From Eledone cirrhosa (lineage: Eukaryota), in assembly GCA_964016885.1 (NCBI GenBank), contig OZ024766.1, forward strand, positions 11,160,001-11,224,000: 64,000 nucleotides of DNA, read 5' to 3'. Within the stretch, counting starts at the first letter, position 1. Each line of letters starts with the position of its first letter. Below the pieces are notes generated by a model. The model ran no database searches. It was not told the origin of the DNA and saw nothing but the letters and a program-made list of their open reading frames with translations. A program made the position numbers and the translations under genes. Below, one piece after another: positions 11,470 to 23,164 of the stretch.

Positions 11470-11528
11470 ATACTATGATCATTTCAATGACCGGATTCCA
11501 TATGAATCCGGTGATATCATCAGGTGTT
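11470..11528 (-). ncRNA. Type I hammerhead ribozyme motif
   Basis: CUGAUGA, stem II ACCGGAUUC/GAAUCCGGU, GAAA-UGAUCA-UA; stem I is weak. Confidence 0.65.
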
Positions 11529-11718
11529 GGAATATAACAAAGGAAAATATAAAAAATCATGGGTCCGAAAAATCAGAGACAGAGACAAAGAGGACGACTA
11601 ACCAACTAGCTGCCTTTACCTCGGCCATATATATATATGCAGAGGTTATATTTAATTTGTTGGGATTCAACAAGCTTTTTTTCCGGGTATGTCAATATTT
11701 ATTTATAAAACAAATCTG

Positions 11719-11784
11719 TATTTTATCTGATGAAAGCGCACCATAATTTGCCTTGGTTGCACTTGAAATATGTATAATAAAATA
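11719..11784 (+). ncRNA. Type I hammerhead ribozyme motif
   Basis: UAUUUUAU-CUGAUGA-AAGCGCACCA/UGGUUGCACUU-GAAA-UAUGUA-UA-AUAAAAUA. Confidence 0.75.
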
Positions 11785-12380
11785 AATATGGTTTTATAAA
11801 TATAGTTTCCATTTATTAATATATTGTATATTCATTTCATTTTACGTCCATTTTTCCCTGCTTGCAAGGGTGGGACGGGAACTGATTCTGGCTTGATTTC
11901 TACAGCTGGATGCCCTTCCTAACACCAACCTCATTTACAGTGAGTGCTGGGTGCTTTTTTGCCGTGGCACCTCCACGACCACTTTACAGTGGAATAATAG
12001 GGACCCCAGTCCCTATCATCTCATTTCTACAGCTGGATGCCCTTCCTAACACCAACCTCATTACAGTGAGTGCTGGGTGCTTTTTTGCCGTGGCACCTCC
12101 ACGACCACTTTACAGTGGAATAATAGGGACCCCAGTCCCTATCATCTCATTTCTACAGCTGGATGCCCTTCCTAACACCAACCTCATTTACAGTGAGTGC
12201 TGGGTGTTTTTTTGCCGTGGCACCTCCATGACCACTTTGCAGTGGAATGATAGGGACCCCAGTCCCTATCATCTCATTTCTACAGCTGAGTAAACTGGAG
12301 CAATGTGAAATAAAGTGTCTTGCTCAAGGAAACAACACATCACCCGGTCTGAGAATTGAACTCACAATATATATATATAT

Positions 12381-15300
12381 CATCATCATCATCATCATCA
12401 TCAGCGTTTAACGTCCGTGTTCCACGCTTGCATGGGTTTGGACGGGGGTAGTCCCACTTGAGGCAAGAGTGATTGTCTTGCTCGCATAGGACTGTCTGGC
12501 AGGTTTTCTACAGTTGGATGCCCTTCCTAACACCAACCACATTTACAGTGTGGGTCTGGGAGGTTTTTACCGTGTTGCCTACACGGCCACATTACAGCGT
12601 GGACTGTGTGTTTTTTTGTCGTGACACCTACACGATCTCATTTGTTTCGGCCTCGATGGCGCGGCACCAACATAACTTTACATAGAACGGGGTGGTGTGG
12701 ATCGGGTGGGGGTGGTGGGACGGGGTGTATTTGTTAGAGATGCCTACTGGCTGGAGTAGGTTTTACTATATATTTAGGTAAGGCGGGTCTTCTCTGTTAC
12801 TGAGTACCGCCAAAGGTCTCGGTCCAGTGACATTGTCTTGGAGAGGTGTAAGTGTGTGATGTCGGAGTTTATCAGCTCGTCCCAGGTTTTTCTAGGTCTG
12901 CCTATTCCGTGACTACCAACTATCTTTATTGCCCTGCACTTTGTTATACAGCTATCGACTTTCATGCGCATCACGTGTCCATACCAACGTAGCCTTCTCT
13001 CGAGTAAACAACATCTGATCCCTCTTATCTCTAATTTATTCCTTAGTTCGTTTATGCTTTGCCGTTCACGTATATTACTGTTACACATCCAGCGGAGCAT
13101 GCAAGCTTCGTTCCTCTCTAGTCTGCGTATATCCTCTGCACACAATGCCCAGGTCTCACTGCCATGCAGCATTGCTGTTCGTATGCAGGCATCGTACAAC
13201 CTGCCTTTCATTTTTAGTGAGAACCCTTTAGCAGCTAATAGTGGTATAAGCTCTCTGAACTTTTTCCAACCAGTTCTGACTCTAGCTACAGTACTTTCAG
13301 AGCACCCTCCCCCACTGCTGATTTTATCGCCCAGGTAACGGAAGCTGTCCACTATTTCTATAGAACCCTCTGCGCAATTGAAAGAGCTAGTAGTTTGTGG
13401 GCACTTGCTGCTACTTATTGCACCAGAGCACCGGCCACATGTAAAATCTATGTTCTTAGTTAGCCTACCTGTGATCCCACTACATCTTTTATGCACCCAT
13501 ACTTTGCATTTAGGACATAAAATGGAGTTTCTACCTACGCCTTTCCTACACACCGAGCACGACCATTTCCCAGAAGGGACCGCCGCCTTGTTTTCTTTCC
13601 TACAAACTAGTACTTTGGTCTTAGCCAGGTTAATTTTAAGTCCTTTTGACTCTAGGCCGTGCTTCCATGTTTGGAATTTCTTCTCTAGCTCGGCCATTGA
13701 TTCCGCTATGAGTGTCAGGTCGTCTGCGTATAGGAGTTCCCATGGGCAGCCTGTCTTGAACTCCTCTGTTATGGCCTGAAGGGCAATAATAAATAGTAGT
13801 GGACTGAGAACAGAGCCCTGATGGACGCCGACTTTTACGCTAAACTCTTCACTATATTCGTTGTTAATTCTAACCTTGCTGACTGTTTCTTTATACATGG
13901 CTTGTATAGCCCTCACAAGCCATTCGTCAACGCCTAGTTTTCTAAGAGCCCACCAGATAATGGAGCGGGGGACTCTGTCGAAGGCTTTCTCCAAGTCGAC
14001 AAAAGCTAAGTAGAGGGGTTTACCTTTAGCTAGGTACTTCTCTTGTAGTTGTCGTACTATGAAAAGAGCGTCTGTGGTACTTTTGCCTGACACAAACCCG
14101 AACTGCATTTCATCTAGGTCAATTCTCTCTCTGATTAGTTGCGCTATTACTCTTTCCGTGACCTTCATGACCTGGTCGATTAATTTAATGCCTCTATAGT
14201 TACTCCTATCTAGGGCGTCTCCTTTACCCTTATAACAGTTAACGATGATGCTGCTATGCCAGTCCTTCGGAACAACCCCGTTTTGTACGACTTGGTTAAC
14301 TATGCGGGTGACCATGGTGTGTCCCACCGTGCCAGATGCCTTCAGCATCTCAGCAACTATTTCCGAAGGCCCAGCCGCCTTACCAGTCTTCATATCCTTG
14401 ATTGCCTTACTTATTATACTCCCCTCGACTAACACTGCTGGTCCCTCTATTGGGTCGATATGGGGGAGACTGCCTTTCTCCCAATTATTCTCCTCATTTA
14501 GAAGCCTTTCATAGTGACACTTCCAAGCTACCTTCTTATCAGCGTCGGTGATGGCAAGTGTGCCATCGTCGTTTAGTACACACTTCTCCCCGACAATATC
14601 ACGGTTTTCCTTGACGCATTGCCTAGCAATCCTGAACACCTCACGTTTTTGGTCATCGCGTTGTAGAACATGCTTGAACTTTCTTTCCTCAGCTTCCCTT
14701 CTTGCTAAGTACACTTGTCTCCTAGCTTCCCTCCTGGCCACTTGATAGTCCTCTCTACTTCCCCCATCCCGCCATACTTTCCAAGCCTGCTTTTTGGCCT
14801 TAATTGACCCCTCCACCTTACTGTTCCACCACCATGTTACTCTCCTCCTGCCTACAGGCCTGCTCCAGCCACAGACCTCGTCTGTCGCCAACAGCAGGTT
14901 TGCTTTCAGAAATTCCCACTCTCCCTCTATATTGTCCGACTCTAAATGTTCTTCCTTACTGTCGAAAGCATCAAGTAATATGCTTTGAAATTTATTCCTG
15001 GCTGTGGGGTCCTTTAACTTCCATATTTTCCTCCTGAGGATAGTCCTCTTCTGTTGTCGAGTACGTCTCGTCCTGACTATGAGGTCGCTAATTATCAGTC
15101 TATGTTGGGAGGTGCATTCTTCATGGGGGAGGGATTTAGTGTTAACAACAGACACTCTGTCACGTCTTCTGGTAAGGATATAATCTACCTGGCTTGTGTG
15201 TTCCCCGGATCTATAGGTGATCAGGTGATTGTCACGTTTTTTGAAGTTAGTGTTACAGATAGTTAGGTTATTTGCATCACAGAATTCCAGGATTCTGGAG

Positions 15301-15890
15301 CCTTCCTCATTTCTAGTACCAAACCCATAGCCTCCATGGATTTCGTCGTAGCCGTCACAATGTTGTCCAACGTGACCATTTAGGTCGCCTGCGATAATTA
15401 TATAGTCACTGTCGGATATTTGGGAGGTAGTTAGCATCAGTGTCTCATAGAATCTGTCTTTTATAGTGCCGGGCAGTCCGGATTGGGGTGCGTACGCAGA
15501 TATTACTGTCACCGTAGTTCTATTGAGGACAAGTCGTATTTTAATTATTCTGTCGTTCACTCTATTTACGTCTATTATCTTATCTGCCCACTTTTCTGCT
15601 ACCATGATTCCTACTCCACCCAGCCCATCGTCGTTTCCCACCCAGAAAAGCTTATAACAACGTTTTTTACCCTCAATGAACCTAGCAGACCCACCCCTCC
15701 ACCTGGTCTCTTGAATACAACAAACATCGACCTCCTTACGTTCAAGCATTTCTACAACCTCGTTAGCGCGACCCTTTAGGGTGCCTACATTTATGGTACC
15801 AACTCTGAAGTTTTGGATTGCGTTTGGGGGTTGGGGGCGGTGAGGGGCGGGGGGCGATGGGGTTATGTTAGCCGTCCGCGGTCGAAACAA
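12381..15890 (-). mobile_element. Near-full-length RTE-clade LINE in IFT172 intron 3
   Basis: Single long ORF, a ~390-bp 3' UTR and a (GAT)n tail at 12381-12402; flanked by (TA)n on both sides. Confidence 0.95.
12774..15890 (-). CDS. RTE LINE ORF: AP endonuclease, reverse transcriptase and Cys/His-rich zinc-finger-like domain (1038 codons, no upstream ATG)
   Basis: APE motifs (GTINV, IQET, SAYAP, GDLNG, SQVDYI, SQHRL), RT motifs (YRGI, QFGF, FVDLEKAFD, QGSVLSP, YADD), CxxC...CxxC...HxxC...CxxC, and GRPRKTW; no internal stops. Confidence 0.95.
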   Translation of the reverse strand: MFRPRTANITPSPPAPHRPQPPNAIQNFRVGTINVGTLKGRANEVVEMLERKEVDVCCIQETRWRGGSARFIEGKKRCYKLFWVGNDDGLGGVGIMVAEKWADKIIDVNRVNDRIIKIRLVLNRTTVTVISAYAPQSGLPGTIKDRFYETLMLTTSQISDSDYIIIAGDLNGHVGQHCDGYDEIHGGYGFGTRNEEGSRILEFCDANNLTICNTNFKKRDNHLITYRSGEHTSQVDYILTRRRDRVSVVNTKSLPHEECTSQHRLIISDLIVRTRRTRQQKRTILRRKIWKLKDPTARNKFQSILLDAFDSKEEHLESDNIEGEWEFLKANLLLATDEVCGWSRPVGRRRVTWWWNSKVEGSIKAKKQAWKVWRDGGSREDYQVARREARRQVYLARREAEERKFKHVLQRDDQKREVFRIARQCVKENRDIVGEKCVLNDDGTLAITDADKKVAWKCHYERLLNEENNWEKGSLPHIDPIEGPAVLVEGSIISKAIKDMKTGKAAGPSEIVAEMLKASGTVGHTMVTRIVNQVVQNGVVPKDWHSSIIVNCYKGKGDALDRSNYRGIKLIDQVMKVTERVIAQLIRERIDLDEMQFGFVSGKSTTDALFIVRQLQEKYLAKGKPLYLAFVDLEKAFDRVPRSIIWWALRKLGVDEWLVRAIQAMYKETVSKVRINNEYSEEFSVKVGVHQGSVLSPLLFIIALQAITEEFKTGCPWELLYADDLTLIAESMAELEKKFQTWKHGLESKGLKINLAKTKVLVCRKENKAAVPSGKWSCSVCRKGVGRNSILCPKCKVWVHKRCSGITGRLTKNIDFTCGRCSGAISSSKCPQTTSSFNCAEGSIEIVDSFRYLGDKISSGGGCSESTVARVRTGWKKFRELIPLLAAKGFSLKMKGRLYDACIRTAMLHGSETWALCAEDIRRLERNEACMLRWMCNSNIRERQSINELRNKLEIRGIRCCLLERRLRWYGHVMRMKVDSCITKCRAIKIVGSHGIGRPRKTWDELINSDITHLHLSKTMSLDRDLWRYSVTEKTRLT

Positions 15891-16327
15891 TATATATATA
15901 TGTGAAAAAATGGGGAGAAGAATACTGCAGGTTGCACATGGATAACATGTAATAAAATGAGTCCCTCATCAGTGATTTGCCAACGATCATAGATATTTCA
16001 TTGCATTAAAAATCATATACCTCACGTTGGTGCAATAATAACTAAATTAAGTTATTAGGACAATTAAAACGCGTAAAGCGAGTGAGACAAGTAAACAACA
16101 AAGAGGAAAGCTAACCGTAGATAGGAAGGGAACAAGCTACATAGTTATTCTGTTAGCATAAGCTAGGTGAATATATGAGCGCTTAGAAAAAAGATGTGTA
16201 TATATATATACACATCACCAACAATAACAACAACAACATTAATAACACCAACAACATCAACAAAAACAAAAACAACAACACCACAAACACCAGGATGAGT
16301 AGCTAGTGCCACAAAAGAGAAGCTTAC

Positions 16328-16440
16328 CACTGTGAACCAATCTTGTAGACATAGATAATGTTGTCCGTCTGACCGATGGCAATCTTGCTTGAGTCGGGAG
16401 AGAAACACAATCCCTTCACTGTATAGCTGGTCTTTCCATA
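16328..16440 (-). CDS. IFT172: IFT172 exon 3 ([38 protein letters not shown])
   Basis: 113 nt; CAG acceptor and GTAAG donor; WD40 motif [22 protein letters not shown]; this reading frame is not in the ORF track. Confidence 0.95.
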
Positions 16441-16529
16441 CTGTAAATAGGAGAGGTTGAGTGTGAGCAAGGGTAGCTTGAGTGCGAGTGAGGGCAGCTT
16501 GAGTGGAGCTTACATAGGGTACTAAGTAC

Positions 16530-18012
16530 CCAGGCACACATTGTAGGGTTAGCCTAGGATGCTAAATACCCCGACACACATTGTAGGGCTAGTCTAGAGT
16601 GTTAAATACCCAGGTACATATTGTAGAGCAAGTCTAGAGCATTGAATACCCAGCTACACAATATAGGGCTCACCTAGGGTGCTAAATACCCAGGTACACA
16701 TCATAGAGCTAACCTAGGGTGCTAAATACCCAGGTACACATCGTAGAGCTAACCTAGGGTGCTAAATACCCAGGTACACATCATAGAGCTAACCTAGGGT
16801 GCTAAATACCCAGGTACACATTGTAGAGCTAGTCTAGGGTGCTACATACCCAGGTACACATTGTAGAGCTAGTCTAGGGTGCTAAATACCCAGGTACACA
16901 TTGTAGAGCTAGTCTAGGGTATTAAATACCCAGGTACAGATTGTAGAGCTAGTCTAGGGTATTAAATACCCAGGTACAGATTGTAGAGCTAGTCTAGGGT
17001 ATTAAATACCCAGGTACACATTGTAGAGCTAGTCTAGGGTATTAAATACCCAGGTACACATTGTAAAGCTAATCTAGGGTACTAAATACCCAGGTACACA
17101 TCATAGAGCTAACCTAGGGTGTTAAATACCCAGGTACACATCATAGAGCTAATCTAGGGTGTTAAATACCCAGGTACACATTGTAGAGCTAGTCTAGGGT
17201 GCTAAATACCCAGGTACACATCATAGAGCTAACCTAGGGTACTAAATACCCAGGTACACATCGTAGAGCTAGCCTAGGGTGCTAAATACCCAGGTACACA
17301 TTGTAGAGCTAGTCTAGGGTGCTAAATACCCAGGGACACATTGTAGAGCTAGTCTAGGGTATTAAATACCCAGGTACACATCATAGAGCTAACCTAGGGT
17401 GCTAAATACCCAGGTACACATTGTAGAGCTAGTCTAGGGTGCTAAATACCCAGGTACACATCATAGAGCTAACCTAGGGTACTAAATACCCAGGTACACA
17501 TCGTAGAGCTAGCCTAGGATGCTAAATACCCAGGTACACATCATAGAGCTAATCTAGGGTACTAAATACCCAGGTACACATTGTAGGACCTAGTCTAGGG
17601 TGCTAAATACCCAGGTACACATTGTAAAGCTAATCTAGGGTACTAAATACCCAGGTACACATCATAGAGCTAACCTAGGGTGTTAAATACCCAGGTACAC
17701 ATCATAGAGCTAATCTAGGGTACTAAATACCCAGGTACACATCGTAGAGCTAACCTAGGGTGTTAAATACCCACGTACACATCATAGAGCTAATCTAGGG
17801 TACTAAATACCCAGGTACACATCGTAGAGCTAGCCTAGGGTGCTAAATACCCAGGTACACATTGTAGGACCTAGTCTAGGGTACTAAATACCCAGGGACA
17901 CATCATAGAGCTAACCTAGGGTGCTAAATACCCACGTACACATTGTAGAGCTAACCTAGGCAATAAATACCCAGGTACACATCGTAGAGCTAGTCCAAGT
18001 TGTTAAATACCC
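16530..18012. repeat. 40-bp minisatellite, ~37 copies, filling most of IFT172 intron 2
   Basis: Unit CTAGGGTGCTAAATACCCAGGTACACATTGTAGAGCTAGT with variants. Confidence 0.95.
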
Positions 18013-18115
18013 TTGAAGAAGGGTCGTCAACTTTGTAGATCTTGCCTAGGACACTAAACACCAAGAAACCAGTCCTAGGAGGGGTGAATAGGAGACAATA
18101 AAGGGTAACACAAAC

Positions 18116-18259
18116 CTTTGCATCTGCTGGTTTTAGGGAAAACTTGTCCCTTTTTTCACCTGCTTCGTCGTACAGTAGAACCACCCGGTCTGAGGTGCAG
18201 ACGGCACTTTTCACGTTGTTTAAGGACCAACAAACTGCACAGATTTTAGCAGCACCGTC
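18116..18259 (-). CDS. IFT172: IFT172 exon 2 (DGAAKICAVCWSLNNVKSAVCTSDRVVLLYDEAGEKRDKFSLKPADAK)
   Basis: 144 nt; CAG acceptor and GT donor; characteristic DGAAK...DRVVLLYDE.GEKRDKFS.KP motif of IFT172. Confidence 0.95.
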
Positions 18260-18501
18260 CTGCAAATGGTATGGTTAGTAGGTTAATGGTTGGTAGGGGT
18301 GGTCATGTTTGGTAGTGATGGTCATGTTTGGTAGTGGTGGTCATGGTTGGTAGTGGTGGTCATGTTTGGTAGTGGGGGTCATGGTTGGTAGTGGTGGTCA
18401 TGTTTGGTAGTGGTGGTAGTATTATAGTATGGATGTATGTATAAAATATGATGATAAATATAAAACAAGTATTATATAAGTTAAATAACTTATAAATAAA
18501 A

Positions 18502-18560
<59 letters not shown>

Positions 18561-18590
18561 ACACACACTCACATATACATATATGTATAT

Positions 18591-18637
<47 letters not shown>

Positions 18638-18985
18638 TATGTATACACGTACTCATATATAATATATATATAAATATACATATTATATATATATAAATAA
18701 ATATATAATATACATAATATACATAATATATATATAAATACATGACATATATATGTGTGTATATATATATATATACACACAATTTTAAAAAACTTATAAA
18801 ACTTTTTCATATAGATAGATGTGTATATATAATATAATATAATATAATATATATATATATATAAATACATGACATATATATGTGTGTATGTATATACACA
18901 CAATTTTAAAAAACTTATAAAACTTTTATATATAGATATATGTGTATATATAATATAATATAATATAATATAATATATATATCTA

Positions 18986-19068
<83 letters not shown>

Positions 19069-19153
19069 ATATAATAGCTTCTTCATGTCGGCTGTTAATA
19101 TAGTTTCTCTTTTTTGTTTGGTGATGGAGAAGAATATTTTCATATTTTCTTAC

Positions 19154-19192
19154 CTGAGGTGCCAAAATATTTTTATAATATTTCAACAACAT
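19154..19192 (-). CDS. IFT172: IFT172 exon 1 (MLLKYYKNILAPQ)
   Basis: ATG at 19192; 39 nt; GTAAG donor; resembles the IFT172 N-terminus and splices in frame to DGAAK. Confidence 0.9.
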
Positions 19193-19388
19193 TTCTTCAG
19201 GGTATCATAAATTTCAATCCCCAGTGAAAAATTTCGGTGAATTATTTAGGGGTCGCGCGTAATTTTTCACCCAAACATTTTCATTATAAGTAGAAGATAT
19301 ATTGATGTATGTTTATAATGAATGGCGGGCTTATAGAAACTTTTGATGGCGAATGTTTAACAGGCTGCTGTTGTTATTTATTTGGTTG

Positions 19389-19402
19389 GTTGTTATGGCA
19401 GC
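19389..19402. promoter_or_regulatory. Candidate RFX X-box in the IFT172/MARVEL bidirectional promoter
   Basis: GTTGTTATGGCAGC is one mismatch from GTHNYY-AT-RRNAAC and lies about 200 bp upstream of the IFT172 ATG; IFT genes are established RFX targets. Confidence 0.55.
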
Positions 19403-19720
19403 CTGGCTTTGTGAAAACAACTTGTTGGACACACAGACAGACGTACGGATACGTGTGTATATGTGTGTGTGTATGTGTATATATATATATGTATACACAT
19501 ATTTATGAGAATGCAGTTGACATGTGTATACATTTTTGGGGGACACCTTGTGTATATATATATATATATATTATAAATATATAATATTCATATATATGTA
19601 TATAATATACATATATATATATCTTTCTTTCTCTCTCTCTCTCTATATATATATAGAGAGAGAGAAAGAGAGTGTGTGTATGTGTATATATATATGTATG
19701 TGTGTGCGTATATATATATA

Positions 19721-19771
<51 letters not shown>

Positions 19772-19963
19772 TGGTAATAATATAAACGATAATTAACAAC
19801 AATATTAATAATTAACAAAATAATTAATAATAATGACAATTTTAATTATTATAGTAATAATTATTATGATATATTAAGGATAATAAATAATAGAGAAAGA
19901 TTCAGCAGAAGCCGTAGTTTCGTAGAAACTTTAATTGGAAGAAAGCAGACGAGACTTGCTAAG

Positions 19964-20026
19964 ATGGCGGGTCTGCATTTAGAAAAGCTTTCGTTGGCAC
20001 CGAATATTCTCCGTCTTTTCATCTTG
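19964..20026 (+). CDS. MARVEL-like tetraspan membrane protein exon 1 (MAGLHLEKLSLAPNILRLFIL)
   Basis: AAGATGG Kozak context; 63 nt; GTGAGT donor; phase 0; ILR motif precedes TM1 as in MARVEL proteins. Confidence 0.8.
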
Positions 20027-20089
20027 GTGAGTGTATATAAACATGGTATATATGTAGACAATTTATCCTAGAATCTATATACATATATA

Positions 20090-21230
20090 TTGTGCTCCGT
20101 GGTTAGCGCGATTGGTCGTAAGTTCGATTCTAGCGAGGAGGGTGGTATGTCTGTTGTCGTTGTCAACGATGTTGATGGCTGGCTATGGGTTAATTTTTCC
20201 TATATAAAAACATGTCTAAATCAGAATTTATTGTATATATATGAATATATATCTATATTTAAGATATCTACATGCGTATTGTGGTCTATGCTCCATTCTG
20301 GAGGTTGTAAATTCGATTCCGTGTCCGACCTCCATTCTTCGTCGTTGTCAACGATGTTCATAGCTAGCTAACGGTTATTTTTCCTCTCTATAAACATGTC
20401 TAAATCACGGTTTATTGTATATATATGAATATTTATCTATATTTAAGATGTCTGTGTGTATATTATGGTCTGTGCTCCGTTTGGGAGGTCGTAAATTCGA
20501 TTTAATATAGTGAAGGTGGTCTTCTCTCCCCATTCTCCGGTGTTGTCAACGATGTTGATGACCAGCTAAGGGTTGTTTTCCCTATACAAAAAGAAGTCTA
20601 AATCAGGATTTATTGTATATATGTCTATATATATGAATATATATCTATATCTAAGGTGCCTGTATATATATCATGGCCTGTGATCCGTTTGGCAGGTCGT
20701 AAGTTCGATGTTATGTGGAGAAGGTGGTCTTCAACTCCATTCTCCGTCGTTGTCAACAATGTTGATGGATGGCTAAGGGTTATTTACCCAATATAAAAAC
20801 ATGTCTAAATTATGATTTATCGTATATATGTCTATATATATATGAATATATATCTATATTTAAGGTGTCTGTGTGAGTATTGTGGCCTGTGCTCCGTTCT
20901 GGGGGGTCGCAAATTCGATTTATTATAGTGAAGGTGGTCTTCGATCACCATACTTCGCCGTTGTCAACGAAATTGGTTATTTGGGGGGGGGGGGGTTATT
21001 TAGTCATTTTCCTATATAAATATGTAAATTTGGGGGTTTATTTTCTGTATATATTTATTTAATGTGTTTATGTGTGTCTTGTCTACTTTTTTTTCTATGG
21101 GAAGGTCGTAAGTTCGATTCCAGGTCATTTAGTATAAATTCTAACTTCATCCGTCTGTCCGTTAATGTCTATCTGTCTCTGTTGTCAACGATGTCAGTGA
21201 TTGATTTTATTAGTTTTTCCTATATAAATT
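20090..21230 (+). repeat. Old degenerate ~190-210 bp tandem duplication (~5-6 units) with a tRNA-like head
   Basis: Recurring GCTCCGT...GGTCGTAAGTTCGATT...GTTGTCAACGATG...TTTCCTATATAAA. Confidence 0.7.
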
Positions 21231-21383
21231 AGAGATTTATTATCACTCTCTCGCTATACATATATATATATATAAAATATTTAAAAAATAATGAATAAAA
21301 CAAAGAAACAGTTCCTTATATTAAACAAAAAAAGTTCATTATTTTACGATCGTTTCTAGGACATATATGTGTTAGAATTGGCA

Positions 21384-21422
<39 letters not shown>

Positions 21423-21499
21423 ATGTATAAATAATTAAATAGCTCTGTACAATACATAGAGCACTCTTCTTTCCTTCACCTTTCCTACGGAAATACTTA

Positions 21500-21532
<33 letters not shown>

Positions 21533-21578
21533 CAGGATGTCCCCAAAAATATATACACACTTTGATTACCTATGTGTG

Positions 21579-21648
<70 letters not shown>

Positions 21649-22224
21649 ATTGTTTCTACTTTGGGCACAAGGCCAGCAATTACCCAGTGCATTACTGGTA
21701 CTTTATTTTATCGACCCCGTAAGGATAGAAGGCAAAGTTAACCTCGGCGGGATTTGAACTCAGATCGTAAAGGGACGTAACTATGCTGGAAAGCATGGCA
21801 TCCGACCCTCTACCGATACTGCCAATCCACCACCATCAATCTCATATATATATAATTGTTTCTACGTTAGGCACAAGGCCAGCAATTAACCAGTACATTA
21901 CTGGTACTTTATTTTATCGACCCCGTAAGGATGAAAGGCAAAGTCAACCTCGGCGGGATTTGAACTCAGATATAATGAATCAAAACATATCAAATATGTT
22001 TAGAATGTTGTGTTGGTCCATAAGCAAGCCCAACAGACTTTATCTAGAGCCATACTAACCAAATAAAGAGATATATGTATATATATAGAGAGAGAAAGAT
22101 ATTTGGTTCTCTCTCTTTCTGTATATATATATCTCTCTCTTCATTTGGTTATATATATATATATATATATATATGAATATATATGAATAAAGTTAGTCCT
22201 TCATCAGTGACCTTCCAACCATCA

Positions 22225-22888
22225 TTGGACCATAACTTAACAAAGGTTTTTGTATAAAATTATGATAGAATGTTCTTTAGATAAATAAAAACCTAACTTG
22301 GAACCTAACTTAACAAAGGTTCTGGGAGGTTTTTAGATAAATATTAACACCTTAAAATGGTTCTTGGACCATAACTTAACAAAGGTTTTTGTATAAAATT
22401 ATGATGGAATGTTCTTTTAGATAAATAAAAACACTTTATTTCTAATATATATTAATTAGATGTTTGGAACCTAACTTAACAAAGGTTCTGAGAGTTTTTT
22501 AGATATATATTAACACCTTAAAATGGTTCTTGGACCATAACTTAACAAAGGTTTTTGTATAAAATTATGATGGAATGTTCTTTTAGATAAATAAAAACAC
22601 TTTATTTTTAATATATATTAATTAGATGTTTGGAACCTAACTTAACAAAGGTTCTGAGAGTTTTTTTAGATATATATTAACACCTTAAAATGGTTCTTGG
22701 ACCATAACTTAACAAAGGTTTTTGTATAAAATTATGATGGAATGTTCTTTTAGATAAATAAAAACACTTTATTTCTAATATATACTAATTAGATGTTTGG
22801 AACCTAACTTAACAAAGGTTCTGAGAGGTTTTTAGATAAATATTAACACCTTAAAATGGTTCTTAGAACATAACTTAACAAAGGTTCT
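22225..22888. repeat. ~162-bp AT-rich tandem repeat (~4 units) ending just before MARVEL exon 2
   Basis: TTGGACCATAACTTAACAAAGGTT... recurs at ~162-bp spacing. Confidence 0.88.
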
Positions 22889-22916
22889 CCAATTTCTCCA
22901 TGTCTATCTGTTTCAG

Positions 22917-23114
22917 GTGTGTTCATTATTACCATTTGCGCTCGTTAGCAGTTGGACAAGTAACAACATCACATATTATGATTTCAATGCCAAGGATTTT
23001 AATTATGTTCATACCTTTGAGTTCTTCATTGTGGTATCCGTAGTAACGTTTGTGTCCGGTATTATCACCTGCATAATTGTGCTGCTTGACTTGAAAATTA
23101 TGCCCTGCATTGTG
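22917..23114 (+). CDS. MARVEL-like protein exon 2 (VCSLLPFALVSS...FEFFIVVSVVTFVSGIITCIIVLLDLKIMPCIV)
   Basis: TTTCAG acceptor; GTAAGT donor; 198 nt; end of TM1 plus TM2, with an EFF.V.V..F pattern typical of MARVEL TM2. Confidence 0.85.
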
Positions 23115-23164
23115 GTAAGTATTTTCCTGTCTGTCTGACTAAGATATAGTAAGGATCAAACCGC

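Noticed and set aside
15960-15975. Isolated CUGAUGA on the minus strand (also ~22201)
   Set aside because: No properly spaced GAAA/UH or closing stems found
16530-18012. CRISPR-like regular repeats (also the 36-bp and 77-bp arrays)
   Set aside because: Head-to-tail units with no unique spacers, eukaryotic intronic context and no cas genes
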